DNA of 63,227 bases, filler included, from Reticulomyxa filosa (lineage: Eukaryota; Protista; Foraminifera), in assembly GCA_000512085.1 (NCBI GenBank). It is 13 parts of 13 records of this genome, joined end to end, with 100 filler letters (N's around TTAATTAATTAA, not from the genome) between each part and the next. Parts side by side here need not be neighbours in the genome. Positions count along the whole stretch, not along the records: positions 1 to 9,774 come from ASPP01019561.1; positions 9,875 to 10,921 come from ASPP01011039.1; positions 11,022 to 12,040 come from ASPP01037706.1; positions 12,141 to 20,021 come from ASPP01009425.1; 9 more parts are not named here. One strand, given 5' to 3'. Shown piece after piece: positions 1 to 12,191 of this stretch (positions within the stretch are counted from its first letter, which is position 1; every line of letters begins with the position of its first letter). Position numbers and translations under genes: made by a program. The notes under the pieces are model-generated. The model saw only the letters and a program-made list of their open reading frames with translations. It made no database searches and was not told the origin of the DNA.

Positions 1-1075
1 AAAAAAAATTTTTTTTTTTTCCCGAATTTATTTCATTTTTCTATTTTTCTATTTTTTTTTTTGCTTTTTTTGTTTTTTTTGTTTTCTGTGAGCGATTTTT
101 CTTGCGTTTGTATTCGTGTGTAACTGAGCTCGTACCATCATTATCTTTGTAAGCCTCTCTTAATGCGCCCCTTTTTTTGTGCGCTTAGGAAAAGTAAAAA
201 AGGGATCACGTGTCACACGTCATGAGTTTCATGTGCACGTTTTTAGTGTGTCTTTTTGTAAAGTGGCAGCATTGCGTTATCAAAAGTTCTTCGGTCGTAT
301 ATCGTTAATTAAAAAAAATTTTTTTGGGTACGGAATCATCCCTTAAGGGTTGTGCTTTAATTATTAGTTAACACGCATTGAGACTGATGACAATCGAAAT
401 GGAAATTCATCTCACAGCTTTCTCTAGGCACTAACTCAAACCTCTGTCCAAAAAAAATAGAGTACATATCAACTACAACGTTTCGCGCTGCCTTACTAGG
501 ACTTCTTGGTTGACAAATAAGTGTCTGCAAACGTCGGAAATGAATCAACGCAAATCAAGTGTATTATGTCAAACATTTTTAAAATTGATGGTGAAAAAAT
601 AGTGCAAGCTGAAAACAAAAGGAGCAATCCAACACCAGCACGGACTTGTAAAAAAATTTATAAAAGAAACTAATTGTGGATATTTTTTTAAACAGCATTT
701 AATTTTATTATATTTATTAAACAAACTTCCGATTATTGAAGGAATGCCAACTTTTTGAAAAACTGAGACTACAATTGAACAATGTCTAAAAATATTTCAA
801 CAGTTATAACTTGAATAGCTCTTTCAATAAGTTATGTTATTTGTCCACCGATTTAATACTGTTAGTCTGGTTTAGAGAAAACTGAAACAAAAGAAGGCAG
901 ACACATATTCTCAAGGTAATACAATTTTTTTCTTCTTGTGTTTAAGCCACTGCTTTAGATCGACCTTCAAGACATAAAAAAGAAAGGTACATTCATTTCA
1001 AGTTACAATAAAGAATGTTTAATGAAAGAAAAGAAATGTTGTTAACAATTCCTTTGTTGATAAAAAAAAATGTTA

Positions 1076-2450
1076 CTACCCCCAAAAATGAATAAAACCA
1101 CCGTATGAGCCATAACATAGATTAATATCGTCATTGATTTTATTTACTTTTTCTTTCTGTTTTATTTGCTGAAATTTAAGAGATAATATTCCAACATCCT
1201 TTTGATCATCTCCTTTGATCATATACAATTCTTTCTTATTTGATCGAATATCCCAAAAACGAATTGTATTATCATCTGATCCTGAACAAATTACATTTGA
1301 ACTACCAATTTTATTATTCCTTATTACAAATGGTGAGTATTCAACAGCACGTACTCCACCTTTATGTCCGTTGAATATTTGAATTTGCTCATAATATCCC
1401 ACAAACGAACACTGTGATCATTTGATCCTGATAATATTGTATTTGCACCACCACTAATTCCTAATTCATTTGATCCATACTTTATACTATTTACCCAATC
1501 TCCATGTCCTTTGAATAGAGTCAGTTGTTTGGTTGTTTCAATATCAAATACACGAATAATTTTATCATCAGATCCAGAGCAAATAGTATATCCATTACCA
1601 CCAATCACACCTATGCTATTACTTTCATTGTCATTATTACCTTTGCTTTGTAATGATGAAAAAGCTACACATCTAACAGTTTTTATATCTCCACTGAAAA
1701 TGTGTAACAATTTAAATGTCTCAACATCCTATAAATGAATAGTGTTGTCATATGATCCAGAACACAAATATCTACCACCATTAAATGGTGAAAATTCAAT
1801 ACAAAAAATAGCACTAGTATGTGAATCTAATATTTTCAATCGCTGATCTTTTTTAAAATCATGGAAATAAATGGTTTTGTCAAATGACGCAGAGCATATT
1901 ACATTACGGTGATAATTACAATAATGATATAATGAAAATTTCACACATTACACAAAAGATAAATGCCAATGTAATGATTGAATTTGTTTGTTAGTATCTA
2001 AATCCCATATACGAACAGTTGCATCACCTGATCCAGAACAAAGTAATTTAGCGCCATTAAATGTGAAATAATCAATACTATTTGTACACCAAGTATGTCC
2101 AATCAATGTTTTGAGACATCTAGATGATGAAATAAACGTGTCAAATACTATGAAAGTAATTACCTGTATTCAAATAAAAAGTATATCTTTGAATTGTGAT
2201 TGAAACAAAAAAGTAAAAAAACTAACATAATTGACGACAATTTTTTCAAATTCATGAATCCACCCTAATTTAAGTTTTGACATCCGAACCCAATATTTAA
2301 CAATTCTTTGGAACTTTTCTTCTTCTGACTGGCTCTATTACAAGCAATATAATAAATACAATAAAAACTGAGTTTTCTTGAAAGAATAAAAAAAAAGATT
2401 ACAAGTTCCAGTCGTGTTAAAGTTTCTTTTTCATTGTCAAGCGCGATCAT
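1076..2450 (-). pseudogene. WD40-repeat protein of an expanded family, disrupted
   Basis: Repeated GH..VxxVxFS..CSGSxDxTIRxWD units. In-frame stops at IHL*DVETF (~1729) and SFV*CVKF (~1948), frameshift at ~1395. 5' exons with introns carry the YWVRMSKLKLGWIHEFEKI module. Confidence 0.85.
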
Positions 2451-2689
2451 TCTTTCAACTTCTTTGGAGATTGTCTCAGATAAAAATGATTTGAACAAAA
2501 ATTTGAAAATTACAAAAAAAAAAAAGGATTTTTTTTTCTTGAAAAAACTCTTGACATTGCTAAATTTTCTTTCATAAAAAAAGACATATAATGAGCAATT
2601 TGTAATTACATTACTCAATTAGTCAAGAAGTAATATCTTTACAAACTTTAAAGAAAAATAAGTAATTTATCTATAGGAATAAGTACAAA

Positions 2690-2925
2690 ATTCACTATTC
2701 GGAAGACATTTAAAGACAATAAAAGGATTTGATATTTCATCCAATGGAAATAGTATTGTATCATTATCTAATGATAAGACAATTCGATTGTGAGATGTAA
2801 AATCAGAAAAGGAAATACAAAGATTTGAAGTATATTCTCATTATATAATATGTGTAGATGTTTCTCAAAATGGTAATATAATTGCATCAGGCTCTAAAGA
2901 TTGTGCTATTCGAATTTGGAGATAA
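2690..2925 (+). pseudogene. WD40-repeat remnant
   Basis: SSNGNSIVSLSNDKTIRL*DVKSEKEIQRF...SQNGNIIASGSKDCAIRIW, with an in-frame TGA at the WD tryptophan. Confidence 0.75.
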
Positions 2926-3269
2926 TCAAAATTTATGCAATAATAGATTATTTTTATTTTTTTACTATATAAATTTCTGTCTTAATTCTCTGAAATATTT
3001 GAACAAAAATACTTTTAAGTAAAAAGATTTCATTTAGTGTATTTAAATTTTATCAGTCATTAGGATTAAAATATCTTGTTATCCTTTCCAAACATGAAAA
3101 ATTGCATATTATTTTTTGTATGCAAAAAATGTCAAAATCGTTTAAATTTGTGTAAAATATGTGATCAAAGTTAATATTTTATCATTCAACTATCTTTGAG
3201 ACTTAGAAACAGAAATAACTCAATGTAAAATAAAAAAAAAACAAAAATCTCAAATGAATCAATACTTAT

Positions 3270-3600
3270 TTCTTAGTCCAAATTATTTTAAATGAAGGTT
3301 GATTCTTTTAAATTCTGTCAACTATTTTATATTTTGTTATTATAATTTAGTGAAAAAACAAGAGTAAAATAACACACAATTTATTAATTTCACTTTCCCT
3401 TTTTTTGTCTTCATTGGTTGTAACCAGAGCAAGGTAAGGATCAATTGAAAAACAAATAAAATCAATATAATCTCTTGTGAGTTCATTTTTCCATTTGTGT
3501 TCATTCAATAACCATACTCCAAATTTTTCATTTGACAATGTTTTAAATTTTTCAATTATCTTCGTTTTATCCTTTTGTTCTTTTTCGTTCTACCATTTCA
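3270..3600 (-). pseudogene. Fragment of a lineage-specific module, paralogous to 22744-23310
   Basis: IEKFKTLSNEKFGVWLLNEHKWKNELTRDYIDFICFSI closely matches IERFKTLSNKQLGVWLLNEHKWKNEITKDDIDSICFSI. NQPSFKIIWT is present in both copies. Confidence 0.7.
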
Positions 3601-3882
3601 TCAATTTGTTGAAGAGTAATATAATTTTACTTATTTTGATTATTCGTTTAATGATAATAATTTCAACTAAATTTTCATATCTGATTGAAAATAGTTGTTA
3701 TGTTTTGTTGAACAATATTAATTTTTGTTAAAATCTTTTTTAACTAGTTTTTGCAGTTCATTTTCATAATACTTCTAATTTTTTCTTGAAATTAGTCATT
3801 TTTATTATAATAAGTTAATCCTTTTTTATTCTTTCAAAAGGGTAATATCCACTTTTTTTTTGAAAGTTAAAAATTCTGCAAC

Positions 3883-5080
3883 ATGGATAACCAAAACACA
3901 GACCACTTTGAAACTTTGAAAGAGCTTCCTGCTCCACTTTTTCAAGCTCAGTGTGTGCTACACAAACACGAACTCCTCATTTGTGGGGGTTATAACCAAA
4001 GAGCTTGTTATTCTTATCATACAATCAAAAACGAATATAAGTTTATTTGTGAGTATCCACGTGATGTTGAATTGAATGGACACTGTGTAGTGAAACTGAT
4101 AGGTAACAATAATAAAGATAGCAATCAAGATACTTTGTTGTCTTTTGGTGGCTCTCCTAAACATACGTTGCGATGAAATATATAAGTATTTGGAGTAATG
4201 AAAATGAAATAAATAAATTGGATAATTACAATAAATGGATCCCTTTCACAGACAATCACAATAATCCAATTATCATCGGAAGATATAATGATAATTATTG
4301 GGGAGTGCGTGGAGTGATTGGTGGAAGAAATAACCATTTGTTATTTATTACCCATTATGAAAATAATATTAGTGTGTTTAATTTAAATACATTTCAATTT
4401 ATTAAATATCATACTTTACCAATTGCAACTAATAGTTGGATATGGTATCATTGCTTTGTATCAAAGTCAGAAAATGGGCAAGGAAAAGAAATGATGAAAA
4501 CAAATCAACAAAACTATACAATGTTGTTGTTTAAAGAGAATATAGGATTATCAATTAGATATGATGAAGATAAAAATACTTTTCAATTTCAGCAATTACA
4601 TTTATGTAATGACATTGCATCATTTAATTCTTATGCATATTTATGTATCAATGATATCATCTTGTTCTTTGGTGGACGTAGTTGGAATGGTAGTGTTATT
4701 TCAAAATCAGTGCACAAATATTCAATTCGAGAAAACAAATGGATGACATTTCAAAATATTCTACCCAGTCGATTATATAATTGTGTTGCAATACTGAGTG
4801 AAGATTACACTTATGTACACATCATCGGAGGGCAAAATGATAAATATATCACAGTATCAACTCACATGAAGACAAAAGTTCGCGTATGGGATGCTTCACA
4901 GTTGGTAATTTTTTTTTTGATCAAATATAAATAAATTTATTACGTAAAATAATAAATAATAAACAGTCAGAAGATGACATAAAATTTGTTATTCAAAGTT
5001 GGATTCGAATTTTAAAGATAAAATTAGGATGGATAGATGATTTTGACAAAATTATTATAAAATACAGTAGAAAGAAATAA
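3883..5080 (+). pseudogene. Kelch-like beta-propeller protein, frameshifted
   Basis: LICGG, LSFGG, VIGG, FFGG and HIIGG repeats with VHKYSIRENKW. 1-nt frameshift at ~4171. Intron ~4906-4966, last exon SEDDIKFVIQSWIRILKIKLGWIDDFDKIIIKYSRKK*. Confidence 0.8.
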
Positions 5081-6199
5081 ATTTTTACATGCAGAGAAAT
5101 GGTTTTAATTTTAGTTGATTTTTGTAAATTCTTTAAAAAGTTTACCAAATTTTTTTTTTGCTTTTATTTTTTGAAAGATTAACTAAAATTTAAATTTTGC
5201 ACAAATCAATATCACTTCAATTTAAAAGCAATTTTTTAGTTGTTATTTTCTTGATGACAAATTCTCTTCTTCAAGAATATATTTGATGACTAATTGCCAG
5301 ATCAATGCCTCGATTGTAAACGCTTGTCTAAACAGCGTTGTTGGCATGTAAGTAAAGTGTTTTCTTTTAATAACTATGAAATAAAAACCAAAAAACAAAA
5401 TATTTAAAGATCTCAGGGAATATGTTAATTGACAATGAACTAAAAGCACAAGCGGTCCCATCATGTCACAAATAAGACAAGACTTGGCAACAAGGCGAAT
5501 TCGCTTATTCTTTTAGACTTAAGATTTTGTGGCTTTGAAAACTGATCTCTCAGAGGTAAAAAACTCTTACTTGACAAACAAGCAAAACATAAACAAACTC
5601 TTAGCAAACAATTGAAGCAATAACATTTATCACTAACATTTAAAACGTTTTTTTTCCAATTATTTCACAGGTCTTCCTTCTATGTGTATAAACATTCCTA
5701 TTTATGTTCCTGAACAACATTTATCTAAAAATCTAAAAATGAACTAGCACATTTCTTGGATAATTCTGTGGACAATTGACAATACATTATTTCTAGGAAA
5801 GCAATAACTACAAAAAAATACCAAATAGAAACAAAAAATAATATTGAAGTTGCAAAAAAAAAATTACATCATATTTTACAAGGATTTGTTCAGTTGTTGT
5901 ACCTTTTTTTTTGTTAAGTATAGTTTTTTCTCCAGAGTCAAGAATGTCACAAGAATCAACAACAATTTAGGTTTTGTTCATTTTTCTTTTCTCAATCTTA
6001 ATATAGTTTTCTTCATTAATACAACAATCCTTGAACTAGGTCTGTCCAGTTTCCTGAAAGAATGCTGGGTTGACATAGGAGACAAGCAAACAAGTTAATA
6101 TGGTATAATCCAAGTACGAATAAGTCGTCTGGCTTCCTTAATAAAATAAATAATTATCGTGTTGATATTGATTTATTCGCTATATCATTTGAAGAAATG

Positions 6200-7600
6200 G
6201 ACATGCTAACGTATATAAAAACGCAATGCAAATATATTGAAAAAGACTTTATGATACAAACTAATAGTGTTACTGCATTAAAAGTTATTATGCGAGCATT
6301 TTGGGATACCACAAAAGAAATTGGTGATGAAAGAAGAAAAATGAACTGATCATGGACTGTATTTCAAATTTATTCAAGGCAAAAGGAACAGAATTTGCAC
6401 GTTTTCATCAGCAATCGTTATCATTTTGTAAAAAGAATGATACAGGTGGACTAGTCATGCCAGACCTGATCTGCTATTATCAATGGCAAAAAAAAATACT
6501 AAATATTCGAAACTTATGATTGTAGATTATAAACTGCACAAGAACTTCATCAATTAAATAAAACAAACAATAAATTAAAAATGGCACTTAGTAGAAATGT
6601 AGAAAAAAAAAAGTGAATGTGACGACAACGTTTTAGTTCCAAGTCTACAGGATAATAACGAAAAAATAATGGAGAAAAAGATACAATTAAAAAAAATTGG
6701 TGTCAAAACAAGTGACATCCAAAATACGTATACAGCAGAGGATTATATACGTCAGCATAATGACCAACTATTGCATTGGAATAAATACAATAAAACTACG
6801 CTGAAGAAATTTTGCAATGAAAAAAATATTAAAATAAGAAACATAGCAATAAGGAATTATGTAAACTACTTTAAAAAAAGTACCCCAGAAATGAGTATAC
6901 ATATGGCACAATTTTTGATTTAGTTGATATTATACTTCAAATATCAAGTTATTTAGTATGGACAGGAGAAGTGTTGATGTGATAATTGCTTATCCGGATC
7001 AAGTTTGTTTTGATATTGACCCTATTCCAAAACAACGACAAAATGGTTCCAAATTTAAAATAAAAGTTTTCAAATGTCTTAAAGAAAGTACATTTGATGG
7101 AGTCAATGATAACATCATACAGTGAGTATACGGTAATTGATAAAACAGATTCATTTGATGAAAATTTGCAAATATTTTATATGAACGATAAATACAGATT
7201 ATATGGTGCATACAAATGCTTAGTTAATAAAAAAAATTATTATATAAAATTTGGTTATTCAGAAAGAGAAAATAAAGAGATTGCACATGAATATTGGAAT
7301 TGTAAGAAATTAAAAAATAAGTCTTGTTCAATTGTTTGTGACGATTGCCATTTACTAAAGTTTTCAAACGCAAGTGTTGCTGTTTTAACTTTGGATTGCG
7401 GGCTAACTTTACAAGAATTGGTAAATGAAAAGAAAATTAATGAAAAGCAAGCTAAAGAAAAAGTCGAGTTAGTAAAATCAATATTGGACAAATTTAATTT
7501 CAAACATGGAGATTTGGAGTAAAGAAATATTTGTTTAAATTTAGATCAAGCAAATCAAATCAAAGTAATCGATTTGGAAAAAGGATTTTTTTTAACTTAA
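6200..7600 (+). pseudogene. Decayed PD-(D/E)xK nuclease-like plus protein kinase-like gene (Crinkler-like architecture)
   Basis: RPDLLL...LMIVDYK at 6462-6533. Kinase motifs YIK, HE, HGDLE*RN and KVIDLE at ~7240-7580, with a TAA inside the catalytic loop. Several frameshifts. Confidence 0.55.
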
Positions 7601-9774
7601 AAATATTATGCAAGAAAATCATTTATTTTGGACAATTATGTTTGTACTGAAATATACTTTTTTCTTTTGACATTGATTAGTTTTTTTTTATTTTCAACAT
7701 TATTTTTAACATTACAAAAAAATAAAGTTGTGCTATTAAAATTATTTATTCGTGCTTTTTTTTTGTTCCAATTGTTTGTTCATCAAATTTTTTATTCAAG
7801 TATTTTTTTTATGTAGCACTTTTTATCAAGTAATTCATCTAATTTTTTTTATAGTAATTTTTTATTTTATTAGAAGATTTTGTTCAATTGTAATTGTCCA
7901 TTCTGTGTAAAATAACCATTGAATATTTATGAGAAAATAAAATTCAGGATCAATGTATTCTATTATTTATAGAATCCTTAAAATCAATTTTCTTTATATA
8001 CAATATAATTAAATTTTTTCTTTATTATTTGAGAAAACCAATTTTGAACATTCAAGAATATATTATTTTTGAAATAATTAAAATCTAAAAAAAACGTTTT
8101 TAAAGATCTGTGTACAAATTGGTATTTCTACATCTGGTATAATCTTAATTGATTTATATATGAAAAAAATAAAAATAACAACTATGATATATTTAATAAT
8201 TAAAATTAGTATATTGTATTGTCATCAGAACAAATTGGATCTAGATCCTTAAAAATACTTTTTACTATAAACTTTATTTAAGAAAACAAAACTCAGGACC
8301 CAGATAAAACATTATAATATTTCTTTGAATATATAATAAATCATTTTTTTTAATTGTGTCATTGTTTTTTATTTATTATTGATAATAAAAAAATTAATTG
8401 ATAATGTTGTGATTTATACAAATTAGATTAAGACTGAAGTCACGCTACTTTATATTGCACAATCTTGTCATTTATAAAATTACTTGAAGTACGAATGTCA
8501 AAATAATGTAAATTAGATAATCCATTTGACGAGTTAATTGATCATATAGAAGCACTTGCTGAACATGTATCATATTGGTTATTAGCTGCATTTTAATTAG
8601 GCTGTAAATGTCTGAAACAAGTTTCTGCTTTAGCAAATATATTAATATGATTTTGACATAGGATATGCAAATTGGTTCAATGTGTAAATGTTTGAAGTGA
8701 TTATTTTGTATCAAATTACGTGTAATCAATTTTATTGATTTTCCAAAGCAAAAAATCTTCAGTTTAGAAAAAGAGATGTTAAGTAGATTTAAGTGGTAAA
8801 TCAGAGTTATAGTTATCAAAATATTCAAATAACAAATAACACAAATTTTGTTTATACAATACTATAACAATTGTGATAAAACTTTTTTCAAAAAATTCAA
8901 TTGTAATCGCATTAAAAAGCAAAAACAACGATTAAATCAACAAATCTTTTTTCCATAAACACCAAGCAATATATCAAATAAAATATTAAAAAAACAAAGC
9001 AATATCATGATATACATTATGACCCATTTTTTTCAGAGTTAGAACAGCTTTCGTATTCACAAATTTTTTTATTTGTCATCTCCAATTAAATAATTTTAAT
9101 GAATTTGTAATGATAATTGAAAACAATATTATATATTAGTTTCATCTAAAGAATATTTTTGTAAAGGAATACATTTCGAAAAATCAAAATTCTAGTACAA
9201 CTTCTTTTGCTAACCAATAAAGAATTGTAGTTATTTATTGTAAAGTCTACTGAATTGGAATATTAAATTACTAAATAAAACGTGAGAAATGCTCACGTCA
9301 AATTTTTTTTAGTAAGGAAGAGCTGAAGTTGGACGGGCGCGGAAAATCGAGATTTTTTTTTTCAGACGTTTTTTACACGGGTCCCAAACTTTTTCTCAAT
9401 CAAGTTTTTTTACCTTTTTTCAAGTTTTATTTAGTACCAAACGTTCGACTCTTTTAAAACCAAGACTATACAAGGTATGTTTTATTTATCTGTATAGAGA
9501 TCCCCTTTTTCTTTTTAACTTTACTCACTTTCAAAAATAAAAAAAACAACTATGATTGCGACTCCCCCTTTATTTGCTCTTATTGTTGCTGGCATTTTAT
9601 TTGTAATATTTTTTTTTAAGCATATCTACATGACTTGAAGATTACTAAAAAATAAACAAAAATATTATAAAATGTCATGGTACCAATGCAAGTGTAAATT
9701 ATTTACAGCCTTGCAAAATTTTAAAAAATCATTTGAATGAATGATATTTTTCTCCAACCTAAAAAAAAGTTATT

Positions 9775-9874
9775 NNNNNNNNNNNNNNNNNNNNNNNNNN
9801 NNNNNNNNNNNNNNNNNNTTAATTAATTAANNNNNNNNNNNNNNNNNNNNNNNNNNNNNNNNNNNNNNNNNNNN
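9775..9874. other. Artificial contig linker N44-TTAATTAATTAA-N44; further copies start at 10922, 12041, 20022, 23311, 37252, 41983, 45820, 47238, 56455, 60430 and 62012
   Basis: Twelve identical 100-bp N-flanked spacers that give stops in all six frames. Confidence 0.98.
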
Positions 9875-10338
9875 TGCATTTCCTGATGCGTCGTGCCGAC
9901 ATGGCGCACGGCATGCTGGATGGCGACCTGCTGGCCGCGCCGCTGGTGGCCGACTTCCTGTTCGACAAGGACGCCATGTTCGCCGAGCAGACGCTGGACA
10001 AGGACGAGCTGGCCCTGTACCAGCGTATCGTGCAGCGCTTCCTGCCCGAGCACCCGGTGCCGGATCTGGTGATCTACCTGCAGGCGTCGCCGGAAACGGT
10101 CAGCAAAAGGTTGGCCGCACGCTCGGCTGCGGGCGAGACCATTGCCATGCCGGAAGGCTACGTGCAGCGCATGCATGAGGCCTACAGTACCTTTTTTCAC
10201 GCCTACGAGGCGGCCCCGCTCCTGATCGTCAACACCGACCATCTTGATCTGGTTGAAGGTGAGGAAGATTTCGGGCTATTGTTGCGCTGCATCAGCGAGA
10301 TGCGTGGCCAGCGCAGTTACTTCAACAAGGGCGCATGA
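9875..10338 (+). CDS. Bacterial deoxynucleoside kinase (dCK/dGK family), 5'-truncated
   Basis: ADFLFDKD..FA, PDLVIYLQAS and LLIVNTD motifs. GC-rich codon usage. Lies directly upstream of panB, as in proteobacterial folK-dnk-panB-panC clusters. Confidence 0.88.
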
Positions 10339-10407
10339 CGCCCTGGGCGCGCCCCGGCCACAAGCTGGGCAACGCGCAACCGGAAGAAGCAACAAGGATA
10401 AAAACAC

Positions 10408-10921
10408 ATGAAAGTCACCGTTAACACACTGCACACCATGGCGGCCGAGGGGCAAAAAATCGCCATGATGACCTGCTACGACACCAGTTTTGCCAGCCTG
10501 CTGGACGGCGCCGGTGTCGACATCATGCTGATCGGCGATTCGCTGGGCATGGTCATCCAGGGCGAAGACTCCACCCTGCCGGTGTCGCTGGACGAAATGG
10601 TGTACCACACCCGCTGCGTGGCACGCGGTGCCAAGCGCGCGCTGGTGCTGGCCGACCTGCCGTTCGGCGCCTACCAGGAAAGCCCGGCGCAGGCATTTGC
10701 CAGCTCGGCGCGCCTGATGCAGGCCGGTGCCCACATGGTGAAACTGGAAGGCGGTGCCTTCATGGCCGATACCGTGCGCTTCCTGGTGCAGCGCGGCGTG
10801 CCGGTATGCGCCCACATCGGCCTGACCCCGCAGTTCGTCAATACCTTTGGCGGCTACAAGGTGCAGGGCAAGAGCGAAAGCGACGCCGAGCGCATCATCG
10901 AAGAAGCGCGCGTACTGGCCG
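10408..10921 (+). CDS. panB: 3-methyl-2-oxobutanoate hydroxymethyltransferase, 3'-truncated
   Basis: [35 protein letters not shown] and GGYKVQG motifs. AAGGA ribosome-binding site upstream of the ATG. Confidence 0.97.
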
Positions 10922-11333
10922 NNNNNNNNNNNNNNNNNNNNNNNNNNNNNNNNNNNNNNNNNNNNTTAATTAATTAANNNNNNNNNNNNNNNNNNNNNNN
11001 NNNNNNNNNNNNNNNNNNNNNTTTCATCTTTTCATCTTCTAATAGCACGACTCCATCTGATTTATTTTTATTTTTGTAGTGAAAATAATTCTTTTATCCA
11101 AACGCAATTTCGGACATTACTATGAATGAGAGAAAGGTGATAAAAATAAAGTAACGTACGCAAGCATTACAAATATCCAAAATTCTGCACAAAATGATAA
11201 TATTGTCAGAATCTATCAAATGCTTTAAAATCTCCAACTACACTGTCACGTAGTCTATCAAATAAAACAACAAAGGAATTTTATTATTATTAATTGTGTT
11301 TGTCAGTTCGTATTTGTTCCTCCCTTTTGTCCC

Positions 11334-11561
11334 TCAATCCCTCCCTGCCCGCGCCTCCATAGCTGATAGAAAGACTTCAAATGGGACAATGAACACGTGA
11401 TGGGAATATGTGGTTAAAAGTATGGCAAAGTCCAATAAACCGGCAATCAGATATCGATTTTGTGTGGCAATGAACTGTTGTAACATCTCGCCCATTCGTT
11501 TCAAAATACCACTCCATTCTATCAAATGGGTTGGGACACATTTCCATTCCAAGTTTGTCAT
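11334..11561 (-). CDS. Possible exon of a HUWE1/Tom1-like E3 ligase N-terminal region (DUF908-like)
   Basis: W..PTHLIEWSGILKRMGEML...LIAGLLDFAILLTTYS resembles the HUWE1 pattern ELYHWVDLLDRFDGIL...LLAVLNFTALLIEYS, as I recall it. Confidence 0.4.
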   Translation of the reverse strand: MTNLEWKCVPTHLIEWSGILKRMGEMLQQFIATQNRYLIAGLLDFAILLTTYSHHVFIVPFEVFLSAMEARAGRD

Positions 11562-12191
11562 GATAATTGTCGTTTCATTTCTTCTACCATTGGATGATGA
11601 TGTTCATTTGTTATATGTTATATATTTTGTATTTTGTATTGTTTGTCTGTCTTCGTTTCCATGCGCATGTAAGTGTATATTTGTGTATGTATGTTTGATT
11701 GTAGAACTCATGAAACTAATCCGAAATGGATCAGATCAAATCCATATCGTTATCGAAACTGTTTCTGTTGATGTTGTAGGTCCTTGTGAAGATAAATTGG
11801 ATTGTTGTGCTCCAATTTCAATTGCATAATGTTGATGAAACCATGGTATCATGGTCTTCTACACAGTAAATGATTTATTCTATTTCAGTTTTGTTGTTGT
11901 TGTTGTTGCTGGACCACTTAATTCAAACTGTTTTCCTTGTTGTCCAAAAGAAAAGGGAAAGAACAAAAAGACAAAATGTACAGATCGGATAATCTTGATC
12001 AATGATTGACAAAAGGACTCAAATCAATATCACAGTTTCGNNNNNNNNNNNNNNNNNNNNNNNNNNNNNNNNNNNNNNNNNNNNTTAATTAATTAANNNN
12101 NNNNNNNNNNNNNNNNNNNNNNNNNNNNNNNNNNNNNNNNAAAAAAAAATGATAATAACAATAACACATAAAAAAACAAAAAACAAAAAAC

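Noticed and set aside
320-352. CCCTTAAGGG as a TTAA-target transposon end
   Set aside because: I found no partner terminus or transposase in the contig.
1729-7522. Stop-codon reassignment as an explanation for in-frame stops
   Set aside because: All three stop types occur alongside frameshifts, and intact genes end in ordinary TAA or TGA. Pseudogenisation is the simpler explanation.
7900-9260. Decayed minus-strand coding-like sequence with recurring PIC motifs
   Set aside because: Too many stops and no recognisable family.
9819-9830. Recurrent TTAATTAATTAA palindrome
   Set aside because: Always centred in N-runs of fixed length, so it is an assembly linker. ORFs ending in X...LIN are artefacts of it.
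9823-10815. Minus-strand ORFs over the bacterial genes
   Set aside because: Antisense shadows caused by high GC.
9875-12040. Horizontal transfer or gene-cluster links between neighbouring contigs
   Set aside because: Adjacency across the linkers is artificial.
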